Below, one piece after another: positions 1-9,857 of a stretch of DNA of 64,000 bases (the stretch's first letter is position 1; each line of letters begins with the position of its first letter). The stretch spans positions 4,037-68,036 of the forward strand of contig JBNJGH010000005.1 of the NCBI GenBank assembly GCA_051747585.1, read 5' to 3'. The translations under genes were made by a program, and so were the position numbers. This DNA is from Candidatus Rifleibacteriota bacterium (GTDB lineage: Bacteria > Muiribacteriota > Ozemobacteria > Ozemobacterales > Ozemobacteraceae). A model generated the notes under the pieces. The model was not told the DNA's origin. It was given only the letters and a program-made list of their open reading frames with translations, and did not search any database.

Positions 1-739
1 TGGTAATTTCTACCGCTGCACCCATGTTAAGGCTCACACCGTTTCTATCGCCATCACCGTCAACATTTTCGAGAATATTTTCTACAGTAAGACCACCGGT
101 AACTCTGTCATTATAATGGTACATAAGGCCCGCGCCCATAGACTGTGTATCTTTATTGTTATGCTGTTGCAAACTTTTTATATAGCGGTCGACGTTCATG
201 ACTCTGAACTTTATACCGCCATAGAGCTGTTCTCGAGCCAGCATGCGGCGCGCAATAGGGAATCTGGTTCCAAAAGCAATCTGCAAATCTTTTACTTCGC
301 GCCTGACTCCGAGATATTTTCCGCCAACCAGCTGACCAAATTCTTCTGATCGATTGTCTTCCGTATAAGAGACTCCGTAGCTGTATTTAGGTCGACGCGG
401 AACAGGCTCTTCGAGAATATTATGCTCGAGATAATCTGTAATGGAAAATCTGTCTTCAACATGATCTTCGTAGATATGGCCGGTAAACGCAATGCTGTTA
501 TAATCAAAAACATCGCGTTCATTTACCTTTGCCTGGATAGAAGCCTCACGCCCCTGAATCTGCGACAACCCTGCAGGATTGTAGTAGGTTGCTGATTCAT
601 CATCTGAAAGGCCTATAAAAGCACCGCCCATGCCTCTTGAACGCGCGGACTGGGCGTTCAGAGTAGAAACTGAAACGACAAAACACAAAATATACAGCAG
701 TAGTAAACCTGCCTTTCGCTGCAGTTTTAGTCGATTCAT
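1..739 (-). CDS. Outer-membrane beta-barrel transporter, FadL/TodX/OmpP1-like; partial (start codon at 737-739, C-terminus beyond the window edge)
   Basis: I translated the minus strand from 739 down to 1 and found no stop codon. The ORF track omits it because it has no in-window stop. GGAGG lies 6 nt upstream of the ATG. The N-terminus is a signal peptide (MNRLKLQRKAGLLLLYILCFVVSVSTLNA) followed by GMGGAFIGLSDDESATYYNPAGL, which resembles the conserved N-terminal hatch motif of FadL-family porins (G.G.A..G.GA.ADDA....NPA). Confidence 0.55.
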   Translation of the reverse strand, partial: MNRLKLQRKAGLLLLYILCFVVSVSTLNAQSARSRGMGGAFIGLSDDESATYYNPAGLSQIQGREASIQAKVNERDVFDYNSIAFTGHIYEDHVEDRFSITDYLEHNILEEPVPRRPKYSYGVSYTEDNRSEEFGQLVGGKYLGVRREVKDLQIAFGTRFPIARRMLAREQLYGGIKFRVMNVDRYIKSLQQHNNKDTQSMGAGLMYHYNDRVTGGLTVENILENVDGDGDRNGVSLNMGAAVEIT

Positions 740-832
740 GAGCGGCCTCCTTTGGGAATCTATTTCTGGTGCTTTATTTTTCATCGTCATTTCCATATCA
801 AAACCTGAGAAGGTAATATTTTTTTATTGATT

Positions 833-1888
833 TCAGGGCCCTTTTTTTATTGGAATAAATCCTTCAGGAGCCTTTGGAGCTGGCTGAGGATTCATATCTT
901 CAGGCCTGGTAACGGGGTCAAGTTTAATAAAACCATTTTGAGAAGCAGGCACAGGCTTGCCGGCAGGCTGTGGCGCCGGCTGCTTTACCCTCGGAGGAGT
1001 TTTTTGCTTTCTGGCACCGGGGCCGAAAACAAAAGGTACTCTTGCATACTCTATATTCATTCGATAAGGTTCAGAACTGAAATCACGAAGGATTTTATAC
1101 TGATCTTCGCCTTTATTTACAATCATATCCATAATCGGTGGATCGCCATAAGTGTCATAGCCGCCGCCAAAAGCCTTGCGAGTGGCAAAAGCCTTGACAT
1201 CCCGGTTTAACAGACGATTGGGGGAAACAACATTTTCAAATCCCATTGAAAACACCTGAAATCCAGATTTGGCAGAGATACCCGGCAACTTTAATTTGCT
1301 TATTTTAATAATAACCTTATCACGCTGAATTCTTACATAGTCGGGATAAACAATATCGTCTACCTTATTTTGAAATGAAAGTTCATCAGTTTTATTGCGC
1401 AGAATATCAAAAATTTCGTATTCGGAAAGAGGGGTAACCATTATTACTTTTTCCCAGCCCAGGTTATCTGAAAATTTAACGTCTCGACCTGGCAAAGCCA
1501 TGTCATAACCGGAATGAGGTCTGGCATCTATATCGATATAAATATCCCAGAGATTAGCAACAAATCCCTGATCGAGGCTTTTTCTCGTATCAGGCCATTC
1601 ACGCATAATATAATTTCTCATCTGAATTTCAAAAACAATAACCTTGCCTTCTTCATAAACACTGAAACGCTCTATATCGAAAGTGCCGCGGCGCAGGCGG
1701 TCATCTGCGGGATACTGGTAATAACCCGGGCCTTTATCGTCACCGGTATTATCGATTACATCGAGAAATGCACCTTTTTCGTAATAGTAATTAACCGGCT
1801 TATTGCCTGCCCAAACTCTCGCCAGCGGCAACACGAACATCAGTGCGATAAATAAAGCTTTAAATTTTGTTAATTTCAACTTCATCAT
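833..1888 (-). CDS. Secreted hypothetical protein with a Pro-rich C-terminal tail
   Basis: 351-aa ORF with an N-terminal signal peptide (MMKLKLTKFKALFIALMFVLPLARVWA) and a Pro/Gln/Lys-rich low-complexity C-terminus (PPRVKQPAPQPAGKPVPA...PQPAPKAPEGF). Its start overlaps the stop of the upstream gene by 4 nt, so it lies in a minus-strand operon with the SLH porin. I could not assign a function. Confidence 0.6.
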   Translation of the reverse strand: MMKLKLTKFKALFIALMFVLPLARVWAGNKPVNYYYEKGAFLDVIDNTGDDKGPGYYQYPADDRLRRGTFDIERFSVYEEGKVIVFEIQMRNYIMREWPDTRKSLDQGFVANLWDIYIDIDARPHSGYDMALPGRDVKFSDNLGWEKVIMVTPLSEYEIFDILRNKTDELSFQNKVDDIVYPDYVRIQRDKVIIKISKLKLPGISAKSGFQVFSMGFENVVSPNRLLNRDVKAFATRKAFGGGYDTYGDPPIMDMIVNKGEDQYKILRDFSSEPYRMNIEYARVPFVFGPGARKQKTPPRVKQPAPQPAGKPVPASQNGFIKLDPVTRPEDMNPQPAPKAPEGFIPIKKGP

Positions 1889-3045
1889 TTCACCAATACT
1901 ATTGAGTATTCTGAATCGCCTGATTCCTGATAAGGATCTTTTACCTGGCTTGTATCGCTTATATTAAACGCATATTGATGATAGCCCGGAGCAACTCCGG
2001 TAAAGGTTCTGGTGTATACTCCATCACCGGCAACCTCATCACCGTTTGTTCCGTCATCATACATCTGCTGCGGCTGCCAATCAGTAAAGTCTCCCACTAC
2101 AGCGGGATCTTCAACTTCAAGAAAGTCGGATTTTACCAGAACAAGCTTTACTTCGCCGCTTTTCTTCGAACTCATAACTGTGGTTGGAACGTCATAAACA
2201 GTTACGCTTGTTAAATCAACCGGAACGGTTTTTACATGCAGATTTTCACTTCTGAATACCAGATATTCTCTGCCATTGCCTTCCATCGGCATGTTATAGC
2301 CACCGTCACTGTCACAGAATATTGAGCGAGAGCCTTTTTTGGTTGCAAGTTTTACTTCTGAATAATTAATACCGGTTAGATCACTTGTTACCTGCCCACG
2401 GGCTACCTTAACGGTAGATTCGGGTATTATTATTTCTGAATCGCCGTTGCGGCTACCTTCTTCGTGTGGATCATCTTCATCTGAAATATCGTCTCCGCCG
2501 TAATCTACAGCTATCTGATAAAGCTGTGAGCCCGTTTTTAAATTGGTCAAACGAAGGCTGTAAATACCATCATTTGCAAGCTTATCTCCGTGAGTTCCAT
2601 CATCATACATTTGTTCTGAATCAGGATTCCATTCGGGATTGATCGATTTGACCGAAAACCCCTGAGCATCGGGGAAATCGATAATAGTTGCTATCCATTT
2701 CGCTTCACCAACTATTTTTTCATCCAGACTTATATCAGGAGCCTCGATAGACTCTTCTATTTCTGCATCAACCCAGGCATAGTCGACATCGAAGTCACGA
2801 CCCCGCGCTACAAGGAGAAAACGACCGGATTCTCTGAATTCAAAAGAATATTGGCCTTCTTCATTCACATAGGCTGATTTATCTTCGCCGGCAACCGTTA
2901 CCCTTATTCCGGTCGGAACTTTACCGGCAGGAACAACTATTTTTCCTGTAACTGTTGCAACAGGAATAACCAGCGCTTCTTGAATGCAGCCGGTAGTTGT
3001 TAGAGCTGTAAAAACGAGCAACAGTAGTGATATGAGTTTTTTCAT
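1885..3045 (-). CDS. Probable lipoprotein with tandem beta-sandwich (carbohydrate-binding-like) repeats
   Basis: The ORF track gives 1885..3078; the preferred start is the ATG at 3045 (MKKLISLLLLVFTALTTTGC, a lipobox-like signal) with AGGAA upstream. An internal repeat carries the motif W.P..QMYDDGT.GD..A.DG.YS twice (KSINPEWNPDSEQMYDDGTHGDKLANDGIYS and VGDFTDWQPQQMYDDGTNGDEVAGDGVYT), typical of CBM-like modules. Confidence 0.6.
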   Translation of the reverse strand: MKKLISLLLLVFTALTTTGCIQEALVIPVATVTGKIVVPAGKVPTGIRVTVAGEDKSAYVNEEGQYSFEFRESGRFLLVARGRDFDVDYAWVDAEIEESIEAPDISLDEKIVGEAKWIATIIDFPDAQGFSVKSINPEWNPDSEQMYDDGTHGDKLANDGIYSLRLTNLKTGSQLYQIAVDYGGDDISDEDDPHEEGSRNGDSEIIIPESTVKVARGQVTSDLTGINYSEVKLATKKGSRSIFCDSDGGYNMPMEGNGREYLVFRSENLHVKTVPVDLTSVTVYDVPTTVMSSKKSGEVKLVLVKSDFLEVEDPAVVGDFTDWQPQQMYDDGTNGDEVAGDGVYTRTFTGVAPGYHQYAFNISDTSQVKDPYQESGDSEYSIVLVK

Positions 3046-3055
3046 AATTTGGTTC

Positions 3056-5359
3056 CTAGAAATTTGTTTTTGCCTCAAAGATGAACATCTTCTGGGTTTC
3101 TATAAATTCTTTGTATCTTCCGTTGTCATAACTGGATATGTCCCAACGCCAGTTATCGGGGTAATCGTAACCGTATTTAAAGCTTATGGTGGCATCGCGA
3201 CTGACATCGTAAATAAGTTCGCCAAAAATATTTTCGCGATCTACCGTATCGGTCATACCATCTTTAAAATCTATTATACCGCGTGAATAGAAAGCCCGAC
3301 CGCGGAATTTGTTGGTAAAATTCTTTTTGAGTTCTGTAATAATAGCATTGGCAAGACTTGAATTAGAGCCGTCAAAACTGTCTTCATAGTCGACATGCTG
3401 AACCCCGCCGGTAAAACTTGTGGTCGGAGTAAGGTTGTAGGTTGCTTCGCCAATATAGTCGACTCTAATATTTTCTTTAGGTGCATTGGCCCAGCGAACC
3501 TGATGTTCGACACTTCCCTTGGCATAAACTCTGGGATTGATATCTGAGTTAATTTCAAAATATCCGATTCTTTCGTTGTATTCGTAAATATCGCCGTCTT
3601 CTTCATGAGTGTCATCCGGATCGCTGAGCACAAAAATCTTACCCTTGGTGCTGACAGAATCAGTAAGACGAAGATTTATTTCGAGCGCATTAGATTTCCA
3701 GCCCGATTCGTTTTCCAGAGCATCCCATTTTTGAACAAAGTCATATTTGAGAGTAGTATTGTCAGTGAAGTCAGAAAGAAGCTGAAATGTGAATTTTTTA
3801 CCCGAATGTCCATCAGTATCTTCAGCATCATGAGGATCGACTTCCCAGGTTTTAGAAAGATAAGTCGCTTCCATTGAGAGGTTATTGGCGATAGCCAGCA
3901 ACTTATTACCGAAATCATAGTTCAAAGAAAATCTGGTAAGTTTTTCACCCTCGAAGTCGGGATTGCCATAGTTACTGTCAACATTCAGGCTGTTTGGATA
4001 ATCGTCATCGTAACCAACATCATAAGCCCATATCGGAGCCATGGCAGCTCTGAAATCTTTACCGAAATCATAGTGTTTGATTGTGCCGGTAAAGCCACCG
4101 TTTTGCATACTTATATCGAAGCGTGTTCCTTCATCGCCCAGACTTTTGTCTTGTTCGGTAGCCGTATCATAATGGTAATCATCTGAAGTCAAAAATTCTG
4201 CGGTTGCGTGAACTTTACCTACTCTATCGGTAGAATAATTTACATCGACGCCCCTTACGGTATTTGAATTGCCTCTGACTTTATAATCATAAATTTTTTC
4301 TGCATAAGAAGTTCCTACAGAAAAAGTATCTTCGCTGAATTTTTTCGGAAGTTTCCAGACTACTCTACCTGTAATCATGTCAGTTTCGTCGCTGGTGCCT
4401 CTGACCATATCATTCTTCAAGACTGATCCCTGGTAAGAGACTCCACCTTCGGAGCCGGAAACTTCAACCCCCTGGTAGGGATCTACTACATAGGTGTCTT
4501 CGGTGAGAATATTCATCGGGTTATCCAGACCTGTTGCAGACTCACCCGCAAAAACTCGAACAGTCATAGACTTTGCTTTACTTATAAGGTGAAGTTTATT
4601 TGATTTTACATAGCGATCATTTTGAATTCTGTATACATAATCATCTATGTTATCGAACGGATTCTGACCATAATCTTTACCGGCCTCGTTATAAACCAGC
4701 TTATTCCAGTTATAGCCCTGCATGTAACCATAGAGCTCATAAAAGGTTTCGATACGGTCGCCAAGAGGCTTGCCGGTAAATCTCAGATATAACTGCTGAT
4801 AAAAGGTTACCAGCCCCGGATCAGAAAAGGAGTCCGATCCTCCCCATTCATTTATTCCAACAGTTGCGGGATCAAGAATATACTGACCTCTACCACGATA
4901 GAAGCCGGACATGGTCACTTTTGGCAACCGATTTTCAAGATCAGCTACCTTGTTTTCGGTATCGACCATACGGCGCTCGAGTGAATCGACTCTAACACCA
5001 AGCAAACCGAGTTCATCTCTGTATTCTTTTGTTAAACGCGAAAGAGCAGCTCTTTCTTGTTCTGTAGCGGCTTCTAAAGTTTCTTTTCTTTCTTCCATAC
5101 GTTTTAATATGCGTGCGAGAATAAGAGCAACATCATATCTGGTAGTTACTTTTCGTCCCTTGAAAGTCCCATCCGGATAGCCTTCCATATAGCCTTTTCT
5201 AACGAGAAAATTCACATCAGAAAAAGACCAGTGATCTTCAGGCAGGTCTTTAAAAGCAGCCGACTGAGCCAATACTATTACAGGCATCAGAAGGCATAAA
5301 ATTGTTGCAAGAAGCCCTTTAAAAGGGAAAATTCCGCTATTGATCTTTGTTTGCCTCAT
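3056..5359 (-). CDS. SLH-domain outer-membrane protein (SLH – coiled coil – large beta-barrel; OmpM/Slp/cyanobacterial-porin type OM–peptidoglycan tether)
   Basis: The protein has a signal peptide followed by a clear S-layer-homology domain (FKDLPEDHWSFSDVNFLVRKGYMEGYPDGTFKGRKVTTRYDVALILARIL). A heptad-rich coiled-coil segment follows (…EERKETLEAATEQERAALSRLTKEYRDELG…). The remaining ~550 aa is rich in alternating aromatic/Gly beta-strands and ends in …KTNF, which is porin-like. Confidence 0.85.
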   Translation of the reverse strand: MRQTKINSGIFPFKGLLATILCLLMPVIVLAQSAAFKDLPEDHWSFSDVNFLVRKGYMEGYPDGTFKGRKVTTRYDVALILARILKRMEERKETLEAATEQERAALSRLTKEYRDELGLLGVRVDSLERRMVDTENKVADLENRLPKVTMSGFYRGRGQYILDPATVGINEWGGSDSFSDPGLVTFYQQLYLRFTGKPLGDRIETFYELYGYMQGYNWNKLVYNEAGKDYGQNPFDNIDDYVYRIQNDRYVKSNKLHLISKAKSMTVRVFAGESATGLDNPMNILTEDTYVVDPYQGVEVSGSEGGVSYQGSVLKNDMVRGTSDETDMITGRVVWKLPKKFSEDTFSVGTSYAEKIYDYKVRGNSNTVRGVDVNYSTDRVGKVHATAEFLTSDDYHYDTATEQDKSLGDEGTRFDISMQNGGFTGTIKHYDFGKDFRAAMAPIWAYDVGYDDDYPNSLNVDSNYGNPDFEGEKLTRFSLNYDFGNKLLAIANNLSMEATYLSKTWEVDPHDAEDTDGHSGKKFTFQLLSDFTDNTTLKYDFVQKWDALENESGWKSNALEINLRLTDSVSTKGKIFVLSDPDDTHEEDGDIYEYNERIGYFEINSDINPRVYAKGSVEHQVRWANAPKENIRVDYIGEATYNLTPTTSFTGGVQHVDYEDSFDGSNSSLANAIITELKKNFTNKFRGRAFYSRGIIDFKDGMTDTVDRENIFGELIYDVSRDATISFKYGYDYPDNWRWDISSYDNGRYKEFIETQKMFIFEAKTNF

Positions 5360-5465
5360 TCTTTTTTTGAACTTTTCCTTGTTTTTGGAATGCTCCAGTT
5401 CTCATATCGACACTAAATGACAAAATGCTGAGAATTTAGGGAAAAAAAACTGTTATATTATAAAA

Positions 5466-6698
5466 ATGCGGCAAACCAGATTACTTAAAATCTATGAGCT
5501 CGAGTGGAAATGGCACTTTTTATTTTATTTATTACTATTTCTTGCTTTAACTCTAATAAGAGGCCAGTCGCTTGTTTTGTTTTTTTTCAAACCGGCAATG
5601 GCAGCTGTATTTTTGCTTCTGATTTTTCATTTTATCTGCAGGAGTTCTAAAAAACTCAGTCATTATATTGTGCAAAAAACGGAAATAACTTACCCAAGCT
5701 TTATTTTGTGGCTGTATCCTACCTTGATTTTGCTTAAAATAGCTGTTTTTGCCATGATTTTAATAATATTAAGCCGCAATTTCTGGGGCCGGGGATTTTT
5801 CAGCAGTTTATTGAATCTGAATGGTCAGGAAACAACCAGTTTTATTTCAACCTGTTTTTCGGCAATGATAATATTTGTCGCTTTTCAGTTTGTTTTTGCA
5901 AGTTTTAAAGTTATCCGCTGGATAGCGGCTTCTTCATATAGAAGAGTGGCAACCTTGAACCTTCTGGAATCAAGTGATGACAATTTCAGTGCTACAATAG
6001 ACAATACAGTTAAAGAGCTCAAACGCGAAACCGATTATCTGCGCGAACAACGTAACAAAGCGGCCAAAATTAACCGTATTGCACTGCTCATTTCGTTTCT
6101 GGTTTTAATTTCCGGCAGTTTATGGCTTATCTATTTGCGACCGGCAGTAATTTTATACTATCGGGCCGAATTTCAACTTAAAACCTTCGTTAATCCGAGT
6201 GCAGCCTACAAAACACTTGAGCATTTAAGCAACAAATATCCCAATTATCGTTACCTCGACTCGGTAAAGTATCGGATGGCGTGGATTTTAGACCGACGCA
6301 TGAACAAAAACAAACAAGCCTTCAAAGCCTATGTTGAATTCATCGAAAATTATGCACCTGAAAGTGTCTGGGTGGATGAAGCTGCGATTAATCTGGTTTC
6401 TTTGTCGCTTGATAAATTGAATAAGCCTGAACAAGCCATAAAATGGAGCAAAAAATATCTTGAACTTTACCCTGATGGAATTATGGCACCACATATATAT
6501 CTTTATAGAATAAGGGCCTATGCAAGACTGAATGAATTCAAAAAAGCAGAAAAAGAAATAAAGATTGCCAGAGATAAATATTCAGGTAAATCAATTCAAA
6601 TTTTCAACAAAGAAGACCGGCTGGTTGAAATTATAAATTTCGACGATGCATTAAATGTCGAAATAAGCGAAATTAAAGGTCTTCAACGAAATCTTTGA
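5466..6698 (+). CDS. Polytopic membrane protein with C-terminal TPR-like helical domain
   Basis: 410-aa ORF with several N-terminal hydrophobic spans and a C-terminal alpha-helical repeat region (…YLELYPDGIMAPHIYLYRIRAYARLNEFKKAEKE…). It is divergent from the envelope operon. Confidence 0.6.
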   Translation: MRQTRLLKIYELEWKWHFLFYLLLFLALTLIRGQSLVLFFFKPAMAAVFLLLIFHFICRSSKKLSHYIVQKTEITYPSFILWLYPTLILLKIAVFAMILIILSRNFWGRGFFSSLLNLNGQETTSFISTCFSAMIIFVAFQFVFASFKVIRWIAASSYRRVATLNLLESSDDNFSATIDNTVKELKRETDYLREQRNKAAKINRIALLISFLVLISGSLWLIYLRPAVILYYRAEFQLKTFVNPSAAYKTLEHLSNKYPNYRYLDSVKYRMAWILDRRMNKNKQAFKAYVEFIENYAPESVWVDEAAINLVSLSLDKLNKPEQAIKWSKKYLELYPDGIMAPHIYLYRIRAYARLNEFKKAEKEIKIARDKYSGKSIQIFNKEDRLVEIINFDDALNVEISEIKGLQRNL

Positions 6699-7476
6699 TC
6701 AGCGAAGAATTCAAGACTTTGCCAAGTCCAAGTCCATGCCTCCTTCTAGTTGTTTTGCTTTTTTGTGGGCGTAATTCTTCGAGGAATACTTCTTCAACCA
6801 CCATACCAACGAGCATTAAACCGTTTCCGGTCTCAATAAAAACCGGGGCCCCGCTGTATCCGGGAAAAACTTCAAAATCTGCAAAATAAAACGGATAATC
6901 CTTGACCGGCCAAAAAGGATATGAAGCGGCAGCCCCTTTTCTTAGAATACAATAGCCGGTTCGGGCATAATCCTGTCCGTAAGGATAACCATAAATCAAT
7001 AATGAGCTGCCCGCCGCTATTCTATCTGATTCAAAAAAATGTTCTTCGGCAAGCATTTCTTGAGACAAAAGCTTGTATGAAGCGCTGGAAGGCAGCCTTA
7101 TCGAAAAAGCCGCCAAATCATACTTTTTACTTACATTAAAACTTCTCCTGCCAAAAAAATTTAACGGCATGGTCAACTGACTTAAATCCTGAGAATTACT
7201 GCGCAAAGTCAACTCAAACTTACCGTTTTTGAAATTTTGTAACAGGTGAGCTGCAGTAATAACCCAGGCAGATGAGCGGAATTTTCCCTTTAATAAAAAA
7301 CCTGTTCCAACCACAGGTTCGTTATTAGCGTCTTTGCCTGAAATTTTAACAACGGCATTCATTATTGAATTAGACAAAGGCATAGATGCCAATGTTGTTG
7401 AAACAAACAAAAATGGCAGTATAAGAAAAAAAACGCCTATACTGCCACCTGTTCTTTTGCTGCCCATAGTTTGCAT
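6673..7476 (-). CDS. Secreted trypsin-like serine peptidase (S1 family)
   Basis: The protein has a signal peptide. Trypsin-fold motifs are present: the His region VITAAHLL and the Ser region PGYSGAPVF (a GDSGGP-like signature). Its stop abuts the upstream osmC-like gene. Confidence 0.65.
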   Translation of the reverse strand: MQTMGSKRTGGSIGVFFLILPFLFVSTTLASMPLSNSIMNAVVKISGKDANNEPVVGTGFLLKGKFRSSAWVITAAHLLQNFKNGKFELTLRSNSQDLSQLTMPLNFFGRRSFNVSKKYDLAAFSIRLPSSASYKLLSQEMLAEEHFFESDRIAAGSSLLIYGYPYGQDYARTGYCILRKGAAASYPFWPVKDYPFYFADFEVFPGYSGAPVFIETGNGLMLVGMVVEEVFLEELRPQKSKTTRRRHGLGLGKVLNSSLIKDFVEDL

Positions 7477-7911
7477 TTAAGCAAGCTCTAGCTTAATAGG
7501 ACTCGGATTAGTAATATTGTCAGAAACCGGACATCTTTTTTCGACTTCTTCGATAAATGCACGTTTTTCTTCATCAGAAATATCTGCATCCATATCTACT
7601 TTGAGAGTTATATTTTCAAAGCCAGACCTTTTAGTTGGATCTTTACCCATTAAACCATCGAGATCAAAGGTTCCTTCAACTTGAAGTTTGAAATCGTTCA
7701 TTTTAATTCTCTTCTGGCGGGCAGCCATTTTAGCAATAGTTATAATGCAACCACCAAGGCTGAGAAGAAAATATTCTGATGGATTCGGCCCGGTATCGGT
7801 TCCTTTTACATTTTTGGGTTGATCAATATAAACCGTATGGTTGCCGGCTTTTCCTTCAATTTTAAAATTTTCGACAAGATTTAGATCAACTTTAACTGTG
7901 TGTTTTGCCAT
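7477..7911 (-). CDS. OsmC/Ohr-family peroxiredoxin-like protein
   Basis: 144 aa carrying the OsmC signature GPNPSEYFLLSLGGCI and a two-Cys arrangement. Confidence 0.8.
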   Translation of the reverse strand: MAKHTVKVDLNLVENFKIEGKAGNHTVYIDQPKNVKGTDTGPNPSEYFLLSLGGCIITIAKMAARQKRIKMNDFKLQVEGTFDLDGLMGKDPTKRSGFENITLKVDMDADISDEEKRAFIEEVEKRCPVSDNITNPSPIKLELA

Positions 7912-7929
7912 ATAGATCTCCTTATTTTG

Positions 7930-9021
7930 TTATGCGAATAATTCTGACATGACATTGTCAGCAAAAATAATTCCCTTATCAGTTAATTTAATTATTTTAC
8001 CCGATTTTGCAATATTCTTTTGCTCTATCTGTAGCTGAAGAGTTAAATAAAAGTCTTTATCCGGTTCTCCAAATTTTTCTGCAAATTGAACCAGGTCCAG
8101 TCCATCTCTTAATAATCTCAATCTAAGCATTAAATATTCATTTCTTTTTTCAACCGGCGAAAGCTTTTCAACTTCACCCGGCTCATTTTTCAGATAGCGC
8201 TGAAGATCAGGGGGGTTACAGGTTCTTAAGCTGTTACAAGTGCTTACAGCTGCAGGCCCAAGACCTATGTAATCTTTGCCATACCAGTAATTCAGATTAT
8301 GCAAACATCTGGAATTTTCCAGGGCAAAGTTGGAAATTTCATAATGCTCAAATCCGCGAGCAGTTAGCAGATCTCTAACCTCAAACAGTTCTTCCGGCCC
8401 TGTATCGGCAATTTCTTGAGCGGAAAACTTTTTGGAAATCGGCGTGTCCGGCTCGATTGAAAGAAAATATGAAGAAATATGGCGAACAGGAAACCTTTGC
8501 AGGAAACGGCTTAAATCGTCAGCAATAGATTCACAGCCGGGAACGCCTATTATAAAATCAAACCCCGTATTGAAATTAAAACTGAAACAAATTTCTGCAG
8601 CTTTTTCAATCTGCTTAAACCGCGCTCTTCTACCAAGAAGAAATAACTCATCATCTTTAAGGCGTTGTATTCCCATGCTGATTCTTAAAGCGGGTATTAA
8701 AGCCAGTATTTCAGCTTTAGCATTTGTAAGATTTTCGGGATTCCCTTCAAAAGTCCATTCTTTAATCTGGCTGGTCTCGACATTTTTTAAAACAATATTC
8801 TTCAGCTTATTTAATTGTTCGGGCGCAAGAACAAAAGGGTCGCCACCTCCTGTAAATATAGTTTTTACAGGATCATTACAAGATTGCAACCTTGAATCAG
8901 CTTCTAATTCCAGCTTATCTAAATATAAATCAATTAACTCTTTTGTGGGCGCTATCGAATAAAAGCTGCAATAATCGCATTTCTTACGACAAAAGGGAAT
9001 ATGAATATATAAGCCTGACAT
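7930..9021 (-). CDS. hemW: Radical SAM heme chaperone HemW / HemN-like oxygen-independent coproporphyrinogen oxidase family
   Basis: The N-terminus is MSGLYIHIPFCRKKCDYCSFYS, the CxxxCxxC radical-SAM motif in the characteristic HemN/HemW context. Length is 363 aa. Confidence 0.85.
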   Translation of the reverse strand: MSGLYIHIPFCRKKCDYCSFYSIAPTKELIDLYLDKLELEADSRLQSCNDPVKTIFTGGGDPFVLAPEQLNKLKNIVLKNVETSQIKEWTFEGNPENLTNAKAEILALIPALRISMGIQRLKDDELFLLGRRARFKQIEKAAEICFSFNFNTGFDFIIGVPGCESIADDLSRFLQRFPVRHISSYFLSIEPDTPISKKFSAQEIADTGPEELFEVRDLLTARGFEHYEISNFALENSRCLHNLNYWYGKDYIGLGPAAVSTCNSLRTCNPPDLQRYLKNEPGEVEKLSPVEKRNEYLMLRLRLLRDGLDLVQFAEKFGEPDKDFYLTLQLQIEQKNIAKSGKIIKLTDKGIIFADNVMSELFA

Positions 9022-9232
9022 TTTATTAAGTTTAACCCCTGTTAATTCTTAGTGAGTTGCCATTTAGCTGCAATTGCTGTTTTAAAAATAATTTCGTTTT
9101 TTTCGCCTTATCGATTTTTCCCAATATTCTCGATTCAGATACCCGATTGCGAAATCGATACCGAAACTTTTAATATTAGTTAACAATTTATTTGTTATAT
9201 TAGCATGCAAAACAATAAGAGGAGCAAACAAA

Positions 9233-9853
9233 ATGATTTTTGAACGCATATCGGTTGGAAACATGGCAAACTTTGCCTATATTTTTGCTGACGAACAAAC
9301 CCATGAAGGCATTTTGATCGACCCGGCATTTGATCATGAAAAATTACTCAGATCGATAAATAAGCATGATATAAATCTTCAATATATAATTTTAACTCAC
9401 CACCACTCAGATCATGTTAACGCAACTTCTCATATTAAAGCTCGAACCGGGGCACTTGTATGCTGCCATTCAGAAACGGCCGATCTGCTACGCGGAGCGG
9501 CTTCTCATGACAAAATAATAAACGACGGTGATCAGCTCAAACTTGGCAACAAAATTATCAGCTGTATTCATACTCCGGGCCACGCCCCCGGGTCAATTTG
9601 CTTACAAATTGCCAATAAATGGCTGGTAACGGGTGACACCTTATTTATAGGAGACTGCGGCAGAGCTGACCTGCAAGGCGGCAATATCGAAGAGCTCTAT
9701 GCCTCTATGCAAAAATTGAAAAAACTTCCCGACAACCTCATCGTCTGTTGTGGCCATAATTATGGACCAATAATCGAAAGAACCCTCGGCGAAGAAAAAA
9801 AGAAGAATCCATGCCTGACAGCTGAAAACCTCGAAAAGTTTTCAGGCATCTAA
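9233..9853 (+). CDS. MBL-fold metallo-hydrolase (glyoxalase II-like)
   Basis: The metal-binding motif HHHSDHV (HxHxDH) is present, with downstream His/Asp ligands (HTPGHAPG, GDTLF…GDCGR). AGGAG lies upstream of the ATG. Confidence 0.85.
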   Translation: MIFERISVGNMANFAYIFADEQTHEGILIDPAFDHEKLLRSINKHDINLQYIILTHHHSDHVNATSHIKARTGALVCCHSETADLLRGAASHDKIINDGDQLKLGNKIISCIHTPGHAPGSICLQIANKWLVTGDTLFIGDCGRADLQGGNIEELYASMQKLKKLPDNLIVCCGHNYGPIIERTLGEEKKKNPCLTAENLEKFSGI

Positions 9854-9857
9854 TTCG

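Noticed and set aside
116-830. ORF-track ORFs 116-349(+), 292-522(−), 630-830(+), 827-1210(+)
   Set aside because: They lie inside or overlap the uninterrupted minus-strand FadL-like reading frame and the 833-1888 gene. They have no RBS and are low-complexity, so they are spurious.
8432-8962. 176-aa + strand ORF inside hemW
   Set aside because: It lies antisense within a well-supported radical-SAM gene. It has no RBS and a Ser/Leu-rich composition typical of antisense frames.
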